Below are positions 1 through 8,703 of a stretch of DNA of 64,000 nt, piece by piece. The stretch's first letter is position 1. Each line of letters starts with the position of its first letter. The position numbers and the translations under genes are program-made. The notes below the pieces were generated by a model, which was given only the letters and a program-made list of their open reading frames with translations, was not told the DNA's origin and did no database searches. Origin of the DNA: Eubacteriales bacterium (GTDB lineage Bacteria > Bacillota > Clostridia > Oscillospirales > CAG-272); contig JBGVPG010000032.1 in NCBI GenBank assembly GCA_045126855.1, positions 5,274 through 69,273 of the forward strand, written 5' to 3'.

Positions 1-1006
1 GAACAGACATAATGAAGATACAGCTTGCAAGAAGGAAATCAATGACTCCAAGCGAAGCATAGCTTGTAGACGAATCGAACATATTGAACGGAATGACCTT
101 CGTTGCGGAAAGAAGCTCGAGAAGAAGGAGGGCTGCCGCAAATACGAAGCTTGCAACTGATCTGATCCTGACAGCGATAAGCGAGTCGAGGAATCTGTCC
201 TTTATGCTATCTCTCTCGGCAGGGTTGTTGAACTCCTGCTTTTTCTTCTCACGGGGAGCGTTTGCCTCCTCAATGCCTGAGGGCTCGTCCTCAAAGTCAT
301 CGTCAAGGCCGTCTTCCTCCTCGCCAAACTCGTATACGCCGAAGTCACCGTATTCCACGTCGTCGGGATCGGGAAGATCGGGAGTTTCGTCGCTCTCTGT
401 CTCATTGATCTCGGGCTCGTCCACAGGCTCTGCCTCGACCTCGGTCTCAAGCTCAGGCTCGGTCTCGGTAATCTCAGACTCATCGGCAGACTCCTCCCCT
501 ACCACGGGCTCGTCGGGAGTGGTGGTGGGCTGATAGTCGGGGTGAAGAAGCTTTCTTATCTCCTCACGCTCACGCTCGGCGGCAAGGTCGATCGCTTCCC
601 TGTCCTCCTCGGTGAACTTGAAAACGTTGAGGGTCTCGTCGCTTTCGTCGACAGCCACGTTCTCGGGCGCCTTTGCAGGTGCGCTTACGATATCCTCCTC
701 AAACTCGGCAGTAGCATCAAATTTGATCTCATCGGGATTGGGCTCGCTGTCAAAACGGGATGTCTTTATACCGAGTCTCTCACGAATTCTTGCGTCGCCA
801 CGCATTCTGTATCTCTCGCTGGCGTCGGTGAACTTAGGCTGATAGGGCTTTCTGGGCGCCTGGGGTGCAGGCACGTCGAAGAAGCTGAGAGGCTTTGCCT
901 CAACAGTATCAGCCGCAGTCTCGCTCTCTGCCACCTCGGTCTCAGCCACGGTCTCGAGAGCTTTGTTTTCGTTATTTATATTTTCCAGGTTTAATTCCTT
1001 ATCCAT
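1..1006 (-). CDS. Partial CDS (C-terminus beyond window start): hypothetical protein with an acidic low-complexity N-terminal region followed by hydrophobic membrane segments
   Basis: The minus-strand frame is open from the ATG at 1006 to the window edge (checked codon by codon, no stop). It is missing from the ORF track because it has no in-window stop. Translation starts MDKELNLENINNENK, stays D/E/P-rich for about 270 aa, then becomes hydrophobic (SVASFVFAAALLLLELL, GVIDFLLASCIFIMSV). Plus-strand ORFs 84..533 and 542..994 are its mirror images. Confidence 0.6.
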   Translation of the reverse strand, partial: MDKELNLENINNENKALETVAETEVAESETAADTVEAKPLSFFDVPAPQAPRKPYQPKFTDASERYRMRGDARIRERLGIKTSRFDSEPNPDEIKFDATAEFEEDIVSAPAKAPENVAVDESDETLNVFKFTEEDREAIDLAAEREREEIRKLLHPDYQPTTTPDEPVVGEESADESEITETEPELETEVEAEPVDEPEINETESDETPDLPDPDDVEYGDFGVYEFGEEEDGLDDDFEDEPSGIEEANAPREKKKQEFNNPAERDSIKDRFLDSLIAVRIRSVASFVFAAALLLLELLSATKVIPFNMFDSSTSYASLGVIDFLLASCIFIMSV

Positions 1007-1015
1007 TGGTTAACC

Positions 1016-1828
1016 TCACTTTCTGTTCTTCTGTCGTGCGACCTCGGTCATCAGCACCGCAGCTGCACAAGAAACGTTCATTGAATTTACGTTTCCGTAA
1101 AGAGGAATGGAGACTACGAAATCGCACTTCTCCTTCACAAGCCTTGAAATACCAAAGCCCTCGCTACCCATAACAAGACCCACAGCGCCGCTGAGGTCTG
1201 TGTCGTAGTAGGAATCGCCGTCCATATCTGCGGCGTACAGCCAAAGGCCACGATCCTTCAGCTCGTCAATAGTGGTGGCAAGATTGGTAACCTTGCAGAC
1301 ACGCATATGCTCGATAGCACCGGCAGATGCCTTTGCAGCGGTCGACGTAAGTCCAACCGCACGGCGCTTGGGAATAATGACTCCGTGAGCACCCGAGCAC
1401 TCAGCGCTTCTGATTATCGCACCCAGGTTATGGGGATCTTCAACGCCGTCAAGAAGGATAATAAAGGGCTTTTCACCCTTCTCCTCCGCATAGGCGAAGA
1501 TATCGTCGATAGTAGCGTAGTTGCGTTCTGCCGCCAGGGCAACTATTCCCTGATGGTGACCGCCGAGGGTAAGACTGTCAAGCTTCTGACGGTCTACCTC
1601 CATAATGGGTATCTTTCTCTCCGAGGCTATGCCAAGAAGAAGATTGACCGAGCCCTCACGGTCTCCCGACTGAATATACAGCTTCTCAATGTCTCTGCCG
1701 GAGGCAAGAAGCTCCTTAACGGCATTTCTGCCGCAGATGATATTTTCGTTAGGCTCGCCTATATATTTTTCTTCCCTCTTTGGGGGACGGTTGCCGCCTT
1801 TTCGGGGCATTTTCTTCTTATATTCCAT
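1016..1828 (-). CDS. rlmB: 23S rRNA (guanosine-2'-O)-methyltransferase, RlmB / SpoU-TrmH family
   Basis: 270 aa with an N-terminal substrate-binding region (GRNAVKELL) and SpoU motifs LDGVEDPHNLGAIIRSA, VMGSEGFGIS and IPLYGNVNSMNVSCAAAVL. Confidence 0.8.
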   Translation of the reverse strand: MEYKKKMPRKGGNRPPKREEKYIGEPNENIICGRNAVKELLASGRDIEKLYIQSGDREGSVNLLLGIASERKIPIMEVDRQKLDSLTLGGHHQGIVALAAERNYATIDDIFAYAEEKGEKPFIILLDGVEDPHNLGAIIRSAECSGAHGVIIPKRRAVGLTSTAAKASAGAIEHMRVCKVTNLATTIDELKDRGLWLYAADMDGDSYYDTDLSGAVGLVMGSEGFGISRLVKEKCDFVVSIPLYGNVNSMNVSCAAAVLMTEVARQKNRK

Positions 1829-1938
1829 ACAAAATCCTTAAAATTGCATAAAATCGCATTATTACGGCTATATTATATCATAAAATTTTCGGTTTGTACA
1901 GTATTTAAAATAAAATTTTATTATATTTTAAAAAAATA

Positions 1939-1967
1939 TTGACAAAGATGGTAAAAAGGAATAGAAT
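1939..1967 (+). promoter_or_regulatory. Sigma-A type promoter for the MATE gene (TTGACA-17-TAGAAT)
   Basis: TTGACA at 1939..1944, a 17-nt spacer, TAGAAT at 1962..1967, about 35 nt upstream of the GTG start. GGGAGG RBS at 1988..1993. Confidence 0.5.
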
Positions 1968-2000
1968 AGTCATAATGACTTTTCAGAAGGGAGGATTGAC

Positions 2001-3401
2001 GTGGCAACAAAAACCAAGCGTGATCTGACAGAGGGTCCTCTGTTCCTACCAATGATATATTTCGTCATTCCCATCATTCTCACGGGAATGCTGCAGATAC
2101 TTTACAATATGGCCGACAACATCGTAGTCGGCAGATTTTCCGGCGACGACCTTGCGCTGGCGGCGGTTGGCTCCACCTCGTCACTCTCTAACCTCATTAT
2201 CAACCTGCTTATGGGTATTGCAGGTGGCTCGGGAGTTGTTATTGCCCAGAGCTACGGAGCAAAAAATCACGAAAAGCTCTCCAAAGCAGTACATACCTCG
2301 ATGTTCTTCTCGGTTATCGGCGGTATTGCGTTCTGCATCATCGGTCTCCTCATCTCACGCCCTGCCCTGGCCCTTATGGATACCAAGGATGAGCTTATGA
2401 GCCGAGCGGTATTGTATCTTCGCATAATCTGTCTCGGTATTCCCGCATCGTCGGTCTACAACTTCGGTGCGGCCACCCTGAGATCGGTTGGAGACTCCAA
2501 GACGCCACTTATAATTCTCGCCTCTACCGGACTCGTTAACGTTATTCTGAACCTTATTTTCGTTATAGTTTTCGGAATGTCTGTTGACGGTGTTGCCCTT
2601 GCGACCATTGTCTCCCAGTATGTTTCAGCGGTAACGGTCGTTATTATTCTGATGAAGAGAAAAAATCAGCCATACGCCCTTGAAAAGGAAAAGCTTGGAA
2701 TCGACAAGGAGCTTCTCGGTGAAATTCTGAGACTTGGACTTCCTGCAGGCTTCCAGGGTACTCTCTTCTCTATTTCCAACATAATTTTGACCTCGGGCAT
2801 GAATACCCTTGCAACCACGGATATTGCAGGCAAGACCATTGCAATCAATATCGAGGGTCTGGTTTACACCGCAATGAACTCCTACCTCCATGCCTCCACC
2901 ACCTTCACCGGTCAGAACTTCGGTGCAAAAAAGCCGGAGAGAATCAAAAAATCCATTCTCTACGCCGTTCTTCAAGCCTTTATCGTCGGCTTCTTCGGCG
3001 GAATGCTGCTACTGGCCTTTGGTGAACCCCTGGCAAAGCTTTACATTGACGTAAACGATCCCAACCGTGATCTGGTGCTTGCGGCAGCCCTTGAGCTTAT
3101 GACATTTATGCTCTCCTGCTATTTCCTGTGCGGAATTATGGATACCCTTTCGGGTGCACTCCGTGGTCTTGGCTACTCGATGATACCGATGATCGTGTCA
3201 ATTGGTGCGATATGTGTGCTGAGAGCGATATGGGTGTTCTTTGTCTTCCCCTTGGAGCAGTTCCACAGCCTGATCGGCATCTACACGATCTACCCAATCT
3301 CTTGGTCGCTGGGTATTTTGTTCAACTCATTAGCTCTGCTCATTCTCTACCCCAGGGTCAAGCGAAAGCTCATTTCAAAAACAAATATTGTGGCAGAATA
3401 A
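2001..3401 (+). CDS. MATE family efflux transporter
   Basis: 466 aa, about 12 hydrophobic segments, and a typical MATE N-terminus (LTEGPL...ILTGMLQILYNMADNIVVGRF). GTG start preceded by GGGAGG. Confidence 0.85.
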   Translation: MATKTKRDLTEGPLFLPMIYFVIPIILTGMLQILYNMADNIVVGRFSGDDLALAAVGSTSSLSNLIINLLMGIAGGSGVVIAQSYGAKNHEKLSKAVHTSMFFSVIGGIAFCIIGLLISRPALALMDTKDELMSRAVLYLRIICLGIPASSVYNFGAATLRSVGDSKTPLIILASTGLVNVILNLIFVIVFGMSVDGVALATIVSQYVSAVTVVIILMKRKNQPYALEKEKLGIDKELLGEILRLGLPAGFQGTLFSISNIILTSGMNTLATTDIAGKTIAINIEGLVYTAMNSYLHASTTFTGQNFGAKKPERIKKSILYAVLQAFIVGFFGGMLLLAFGEPLAKLYIDVNDPNRDLVLAAALELMTFMLSCYFLCGIMDTLSGALRGLGYSMIPMIVSIGAICVLRAIWVFFVFPLEQFHSLIGIYTIYPISWSLGILFNSLALLILYPRVKRKLISKTNIVAE

Positions 3402-3435
3402 AAAAAGAGGAACGGTGAACCGTTCCTCTTTTTTC
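3400..3435. terminator. Bidirectional intrinsic terminator between the convergent MATE and zinc-ribbon genes
   Basis: Stem GAGGAACGG (3407..3415), loop TGAA, stem CCGTTCCTC (3420..3428). Flanked by an A-run on one side and a T-run on the other. Confidence 0.8.
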
Positions 3436-3465
3436 GTGATTAAGGTAGTCGTTTATGCGATTATC

Positions 3466-3753
3466 TTACTCAGCGTCCTGAGCAGCACGTCTAGCTGCGA
3501 AGCACTCGCTGCAGTAAACGGGCTTACCCTCGGTGGGTTTGAAGGGCACCTGGCACTCCTTGCCGCACTCTACGCAAACTGCCGCAAACATCTCTCTTGC
3601 GGACTTCTGCGCATTCTTCTTTGCAGCACGGCACTCCTTGCATCTGGAGGGCTTGTTCTCAAAGCCTCTCTGCGCGTAGAATTCCTGCTCGCCAGCTGTG
3701 AAAACAAACTCGTTTCCACAATCTCTGCACTTCAATGTCTCGTCCTGGTACAT
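3466..3753 (-). CDS. Zinc-ribbon protein with two CxxC...CxxC units
   Basis: 95 aa with KCRDCG...CKECR and CVECG...CSECF pairs, a basic C-terminus and strong codon bias. Confidence 0.7.
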   Translation of the reverse strand: MYQDETLKCRDCGNEFVFTAGEQEFYAQRGFENKPSRCKECRAAKKNAQKSAREMFAAVCVECGKECQVPFKPTEGKPVYCSECFAARRAAQDAE

Positions 3754-3863
3754 TTTCTGTTTCTCCTAAATGGGTATTTTATTATTTGCCCTGAGACGGA
3801 TTTTAACCGACGCCTTTGTAAACCAACGCTCTCCCTTAAGCTACCTTGGGCATAATGACAAAT

Positions 3864-4430
3864 TTAATTTTCAGAGCCTCCCGAAAGCTCGGCACGAAGG
3901 TGGCGGAAAAGCCTAGCCTTTGCGTTATCGACCGACTTTGGCGTGCGACCGAGTGCCTTTGCAATAGCCGCGGTCTTATAGCCCTGAATATGAAGAAGTA
4001 AAACGCTGTATTCGTAGTCCGAGAGCAGGTCCCTTGCCGATTTGAGCTGGCGGTCAAAGGTCTCTCTTTCCACTATCCGTTTCTCGGGACTCTCACCGTC
4101 TGCAACCATCTCGACGTCGTACTCATCAAGCTTTGGCAGGTTGTCCGTCGCACGGAGAAGGTCGACAATACGATTGCGCACGCATATACGTGCAAACAGA
4201 CCGAAGGTAACCTCCTTTTGATTCAAATCATACTTTTGCGCTGCAAGATGGAGGGCAACGCATGCCTCGGAAAAAAGCTCCGAGGGGTCAAGACCCGAGG
4301 AATCAAAGCCCGAGATGACCTTTCGCATCATAGGAGTATATCTCTGCACAAGCTCGTCAAAAGCCGAGTCGTCACGCTCTCTGCAAAGCAGAATAAGCTC
4401 CCCTATTTCGCAGTTTTCGTACAAAATCAT
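3864..4430 (-). CDS. Sigma-70 family RNA polymerase sigma factor, SigH-like
   Basis: 188 aa with region 2 (SAFDELVQRYTPMMRKV) and a region 4 HTH (GYKTAAIAKALGRTPKSVDNAKARLFRHL). It aligns by eye with Bacillus SigH (FGLFARICVRNRIVDLL vs FKAFAELCITRQIITAI; LLSDYEYSVLLLHIQG vs LLSDLERKVLVLYLDG). Confidence 0.75.
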   Translation of the reverse strand: MILYENCEIGELILLCRERDDSAFDELVQRYTPMMRKVISGFDSSGLDPSELFSEACVALHLAAQKYDLNQKEVTFGLFARICVRNRIVDLLRATDNLPKLDEYDVEMVADGESPEKRIVERETFDRQLKSARDLLSDYEYSVLLLHIQGYKTAAIAKALGRTPKSVDNAKARLFRHLRAELSGGSEN

Positions 4431-4455
4431 CTATTTTACTTCCATTAATAGTATT

Positions 4456-4484
4456 ATTATAACTATATATTAAAAATTTGTCAA
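4456..4484 (-). promoter_or_regulatory. Consensus sigma-A promoter (TTGACA-17-TATAAT) for the sigma factor gene
   Basis: The reverse complement of 4456..4484 reads TTGACAaatttttaatatatagtTATAAT. It lies about 25 nt upstream of the ATG at 4430, with a GGAAG RBS. Confidence 0.6.
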
Positions 4485-4577
4485 TAGTTTTATAACAAAT
4501 TTTCTCAGTATTTCCACAACTATTAACATAATGAACAGTTATATTTTGTAAGAAATACACAATTTACACAAAAACGT

Positions 4578-5132
4578 TTAGGATAAATATTCAATCCTGC
4601 CCGTTGCGGAAAAGAGAACGCCACGGTAAACGCCGTCGGGCTTTGCCTCAAAATTGCGCTTGATCTGCTCTGCCTCTGCAAGGGAATTAACGGCAAGAGA
4701 GGTCTGCATAAGTTCACCGTATCTGTCGTGTGCCTCAAGGGTCACACGGTATCTGCCACCCTCTGTACGCTCGATATAGGACTTTATCGTAGTCTCGCTC
4801 TTGGTAAGAGATACGTGCTTTATTGCCGAGCGCAGGCTTCTTTCACGGAAGCCCTCGTCAAGATTATCGTAAAGCTCTGCAGCAACTGCCCTGCCCTTAT
4901 CCGAGATCATATAGTATTTAACGCCGTCCACCTCGTCAAAGAGAAGATGACCGGAGTCAAAAAGCTCGCCGAGGCACTGCTCGTAGTCAAGGGTAATCTC
5001 GTCGGTATTTTCCGACACGATTGTCATAATAGTATCGGTGTCGATGGGATAGCGAATATTGTCAAGAAGGAAAAGTAAAAACACCTTTAGGTCGGTGATT
5101 GTATTAAGACCGAATTTTTTGTTTCTTTTCAT
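4578..5132 (-). CDS. Conserved hypothetical protein, DUF4364-like
   Basis: 184 aa. The pattern (FLLFLLDNIRYPIDTDTIMTIV...LGELFDSGHLLF) resembles the small clostridial DUF4364 family. This assignment is from memory only. Confidence 0.55.
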   Translation of the reverse strand: MKRNKKFGLNTITDLKVFLLFLLDNIRYPIDTDTIMTIVSENTDEITLDYEQCLGELFDSGHLLFDEVDGVKYYMISDKGRAVAAELYDNLDEGFRERSLRSAIKHVSLTKSETTIKSYIERTEGGRYRVTLEAHDRYGELMQTSLAVNSLAEAEQIKRNFEAKPDGVYRGVLFSATGRIEYLS

Positions 5133-5209
5133 TTCGGTTACCTTTCTGGCTTTCTCTCCTGCATAATTATCCCTGTAGGGGGTAAAAATTTCATAGAAGG
5201 AGGAGAAGA

Positions 5210-6064
5210 ATGTACGGATATTTTGTAGATAGAAATTATAAGGGAAATCTTCCCTACACAGATCTTGCCGTGGAGAGAAGGCGTGCTGATACCAGCCTTC
5301 CGGGCATAGAATATCGAAAGACTAACACCCCACTCGGAAGCTACGAAAGGGTTAAAATCAGCACAAAAAACGGGGCAGATTGTATTGGCAAACCTCTTGG
5401 CATTTACGATACCCTGCAAGCAGACCGTCTCGACAGGCTGGACTCCGACGAGCGAATGCGCCTTAGCGATGCCCTGGCAGACGAGCTTAACAAGATGGTC
5501 GAGGACAGCGATATTTTCCCGGGAAGGCTGCTTGTTGCAGGGCTTGGAAATCGAAGGTTGACGCCCGATTCACTTGGTTGTGACGCAGCCGACAGAGTTA
5601 TCGCCACAATGCATCTGAAGGAGTTTGACCCCATGCTTTTCAGACGGCAAAGCTGTGCCGAGATTGCGGTATGCACCCCGGGTGTTGCCGCCGAAAGCGG
5701 TCTTGACGCCGCAGTAGTTGTAAAGGGCATATGCGACCTTATTCGCCCCGACGCCGTAATTGCAATAGATGCAATAGCGACGAGAGAGGTGGCAAGGCTC
5801 GGCAGCACCATTCAGATTTCCAACAGCGGTATTTCACCCGGCAGCGGTCTTGGAAACTGCCGCCTTGCACTATGCCCCGAAACGGTGGGCGTGCCCGTAA
5901 TTGCAGTCGGTCTGCCAACGGTCATTGACTCAAGGCTCCTCTCGGGTGACGACAGCGACTCCGAGCCCATGTTCGTCTCACCGAAGGAGATAAACGAGAT
6001 CATCTCTGCCTCGGCAGAGGTTATCGGAGGCGCTATAAACCGTGCCTTCGGAATTTATCCTTAA
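5210..6064 (+). CDS. gpr: GPR endopeptidase (spore germination protease)
   Basis: 284 aa. It aligns by eye with Bacillus GPR: TDLAVE near the N-terminus, LVAGLGNRRLTPDSLG, AIDAIATREVARLGSTIQISNSGISPGSGLGN and GVPVIAVGLPTVID. Confidence 0.85.
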   Translation: MYGYFVDRNYKGNLPYTDLAVERRRADTSLPGIEYRKTNTPLGSYERVKISTKNGADCIGKPLGIYDTLQADRLDRLDSDERMRLSDALADELNKMVEDSDIFPGRLLVAGLGNRRLTPDSLGCDAADRVIATMHLKEFDPMLFRRQSCAEIAVCTPGVAAESGLDAAVVVKGICDLIRPDAVIAIDAIATREVARLGSTIQISNSGISPGSGLGNCRLALCPETVGVPVIAVGLPTVIDSRLLSGDDSDSEPMFVSPKEINEIISASAEVIGGAINRAFGIYP

Positions 6065-7344
6065 TATACGAAGTCGAACTCAAAGTCGTAAATGGAGACG
6101 GTGTCGCCCTCCTCTACTCCAGCCTTACGAAGCATTTCGATGACTCCGTTCTTAATAAGAACACGCTGGAAGAAGTTAAGCGACTCGTAGTCGTCAAAGT
6201 TGATCTGACCCATAAAGTTGTAGAGCCATTCGCCCTCAACGATGAACTTATCACCCTCACGGCGGACGGTGGTCTCCTTTTTACCAACGGTATTTGCAAC
6301 CGCCTCATCCTCGGCAGAGTACTCTGCCTCGTAAATGGTGACAGGAGGAAGCTCCTTCAGCTTCTCGGTGGCAACACGAACAAGCTCGGAAAGTCCCTCG
6401 CCCGTTACGGCAGAAACGTATACCACGGGAAGATCGTTCTTTTCGACGTAATTCTTGAAGTTCTGGTAAATCTCCTCTTCCTCAAGTACCGAGTCGATCT
6501 TATTTGCAACGATGATCTGAGGACGGTGGGAAAGCTCCTCGGAATACTGAGAAAGCTCGTAGTTGATCTTCTCGATATCCTCAACGGGATCTCTGCCGTC
6601 GGTACCTGCAATATCAACAACGTGAAGGAGCAGACGGCAGCGGTCAACGTGGCGAAGGAAGTCGTGGCCAAGGCCCTGGCCCTCCGACGCGCCCTCAATA
6701 AGTCCGGGAATATCTGCAGCAAGGAAGCCCCTGCCCTCACCCATACTCACAACGCCGAGATTAGGCGAGAGAGTGGTGAAATGATAGTTTGCGATCTTAG
6801 GCTTTGCAGAGGAGATGCGTGAGAGAATGGAGGATTTACCGACGTTGGGGAATCCTATAAGACCAACCTCCGCAAGCATTTTGAGTTCAAGGAGAACCTC
6901 CCTCTCCTCGCCCTTTGTTCCGCTCTTGGCGAATCTGGGGATCTGTCTTGTGGGAGTGGCGAAATGGCGGTTACCCCAGCCGCCTCGTCCTCCCTTACAG
7001 AGAACGAACTCACGGTCGGAGCCCATATCGAAGATGATCTTGCCACTCTCGGGATCCTTAATCAAGGTACCCTGGGGAACGGTGATAATAACGTCCTGGC
7101 CGCTCTTGCCGTGCATCTTGCCGGACATACCGTTCTGGCCGTTCTCGGCAATAAACTTACGCTTATAGCGGAAGGCGAGGAGGGTGTTTGCGCCCTCGTC
7201 AATTCTGAAAATTATATTTCCGCCACGACCGCCGTCACCGCCGTCGGGACCGCCTGCACTGACGTACTTTTCTCTATGGAAGGAAACGGCACCATTACCG
7301 CCGTCACCTGCCTTAACGTAGATTTTTATATTATCTATAAACAT
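6061..7344 (-). CDS. obg: GTPase Obg
   Basis: 427 aa with the Obg fold N-terminus MFIDNIKIYVKAGDGGNGAVSFHREKY, G motifs GFPNVGKSS, DIPGLIEGA and NKID, and a C-terminal OCT-like domain. Confidence 0.95.
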   Translation of the reverse strand: MFIDNIKIYVKAGDGGNGAVSFHREKYVSAGGPDGGDGGRGGNIIFRIDEGANTLLAFRYKRKFIAENGQNGMSGKMHGKSGQDVIITVPQGTLIKDPESGKIIFDMGSDREFVLCKGGRGGWGNRHFATPTRQIPRFAKSGTKGEEREVLLELKMLAEVGLIGFPNVGKSSILSRISSAKPKIANYHFTTLSPNLGVVSMGEGRGFLAADIPGLIEGASEGQGLGHDFLRHVDRCRLLLHVVDIAGTDGRDPVEDIEKINYELSQYSEELSHRPQIIVANKIDSVLEEEEIYQNFKNYVEKNDLPVVYVSAVTGEGLSELVRVATEKLKELPPVTIYEAEYSAEDEAVANTVGKKETTVRREGDKFIVEGEWLYNFMGQINFDDYESLNFFQRVLIKNGVIEMLRKAGVEEGDTVSIYDFEFDFVY

Positions 7345-7353
7345 ACTTTTACC

Positions 7354-8691
7354 TTACACCTTTGTGGAATCATCACCGCGCTGTCTGATAACAATTCGTA
7401 CGGGAGTACCCTTGAACCCGAAGGTATCACGCAGGCAGTTCTCAATATAGCGCTGATAGGAGAAGTGGAAGAGCTCCTCGCTGTTGCAGAAAATAACGAA
7501 GGTAGGAGGAGCAACAGAGGTCTGTGTCATATAGTAAACCTTCAGTCTCTTGCCCTTATCCGAGGGGGGCTGAACACGGGTAGTAGCATCGTTGAGAAGG
7601 TCGTTAAGAACACCCGTGGTAATTCTCTTTCTCGCCTCTACGTATACCTCGTTTATCATCTCGTAAATATTCTTGACCCTCTGACCCGTAAGCGCAGAAA
7701 CGAATACAATGGGAGCATATGGCATATAGGAGAGCGCAGTACGGATACGCTTGGTATACTCCTTGACGGTGTTGTTCTCCTTCTCAATAGCATCCCACTT
7801 ATTGATAACGATAATACAGGACTTTCCTGCCTCGTGAGCAAGACCTGCGATCTTCTCATCCTGCTCGGTCACGCCGTCCTGGGCATCGATCATAAGCAGA
7901 CAAACGTCGGCACGTTCGATAGCCATATTCGCTCTGATAACCGAGAACTTCTCAATTCTGTCCTCCACCTTGGAGTGGCGGCGGATACCTGCTGTGTCAA
8001 TGAAGTTGTAAACGCCAAACTCATTCTCTACCCTGGTGTCAACCGCATCGCGGGTAGTACCTGCGATATCCGAAACGATAACACGCTCCTCACCGCACAT
8101 ACGGTTGATAATAGAGGACTTACCTGCGTTTGGCTTACCGATAACCGCAACGTTGATGATATTTTCATCATCACCATCGTCCTCGTCAAAGTGGCACTCC
8201 TCGATCACGGCGTCAAGCAGGTCGCCCGAGCCCGTACCGTGGAGAGATGAAAGCGCAATAGGCTCTCTCTCAAATCCAAGCTCGTAGAACTCATAGAACT
8301 CGTAAGGAAGGTCACCAACACGGTCAACCTTATTTACGCAAAGGACGATAGGCTTGCCGCTCTTTTTCAGCATAATGGCAATATCTCTGTCGTCGGCAAC
8401 AAGGCCTGCGTGGATATCACACATAAAAACGATAACGTCGGCGGTGGCGATTGCAATCTCCGCCTGGGTTCTCATCTGTTTCAATATGGTATCGTCGCTC
8501 TTAGGCTCGATACCACCGGTATCAACGAGGAGGAAGTGATGGTCATTCCACTCTGCCTCGGCATAAATTCTGTCACGGGTAACGCCGGGGGTATCCTCAA
8601 CGATAGAACGGCGCTCACCTATGAGCTTATTGAAAAGGGTGCTCTTTCCCACGTTGGGACGACCCACTATTGCAACTATTGGTTTTGACAT
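7354..8691 (-). CDS. der: Ribosome biogenesis GTPase Der (EngA), two GTPase domains
   Basis: 445 aa with GRPNVGKSTLFN and GKPNAGKSSIIN Walker A motifs, DTGG/DTAG, NKVD/NKWD, and a KH-like C-terminus. Confidence 0.95.
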   Translation of the reverse strand: MSKPIVAIVGRPNVGKSTLFNKLIGERRSIVEDTPGVTRDRIYAEAEWNDHHFLLVDTGGIEPKSDDTILKQMRTQAEIAIATADVIVFMCDIHAGLVADDRDIAIMLKKSGKPIVLCVNKVDRVGDLPYEFYEFYELGFEREPIALSSLHGTGSGDLLDAVIEECHFDEDDGDDENIINVAVIGKPNAGKSSIINRMCGEERVIVSDIAGTTRDAVDTRVENEFGVYNFIDTAGIRRHSKVEDRIEKFSVIRANMAIERADVCLLMIDAQDGVTEQDEKIAGLAHEAGKSCIIVINKWDAIEKENNTVKEYTKRIRTALSYMPYAPIVFVSALTGQRVKNIYEMINEVYVEARKRITTGVLNDLLNDATTRVQPPSDKGKRLKVYYMTQTSVAPPTFVIFCNSEELFHFSYQRYIENCLRDTFGFKGTPVRIVIRQRGDDSTKV

Positions 8692-8703
8692 TTTCTTTCC
8701 TCC

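Noticed and set aside
84-994. Plus-strand ORFs 84..533 and 542..994 (Ser-rich and Leu/Gly-rich)
   Set aside because: They are mirror frames of the continuous minus-strand acidic gene 1..1006. They are low-complexity, have no RBS, and are interrupted, whereas the minus frame is open throughout.
3788-3850. tRNA-like appearance of the gap between the zinc-ribbon gene and the sigma factor gene (GCCC...GGGC ends, TTAAAAT loop on the minus strand)
   Set aside because: A manual fold gives only 4 acceptor pairs, no anticodon stem, and a T-loop lacking the conserved C56. It is more likely the sigma gene 3' region or the zinc-ribbon gene promoter. ORF 3836..4057 in this region is also rejected (antisense overlap, no RBS).
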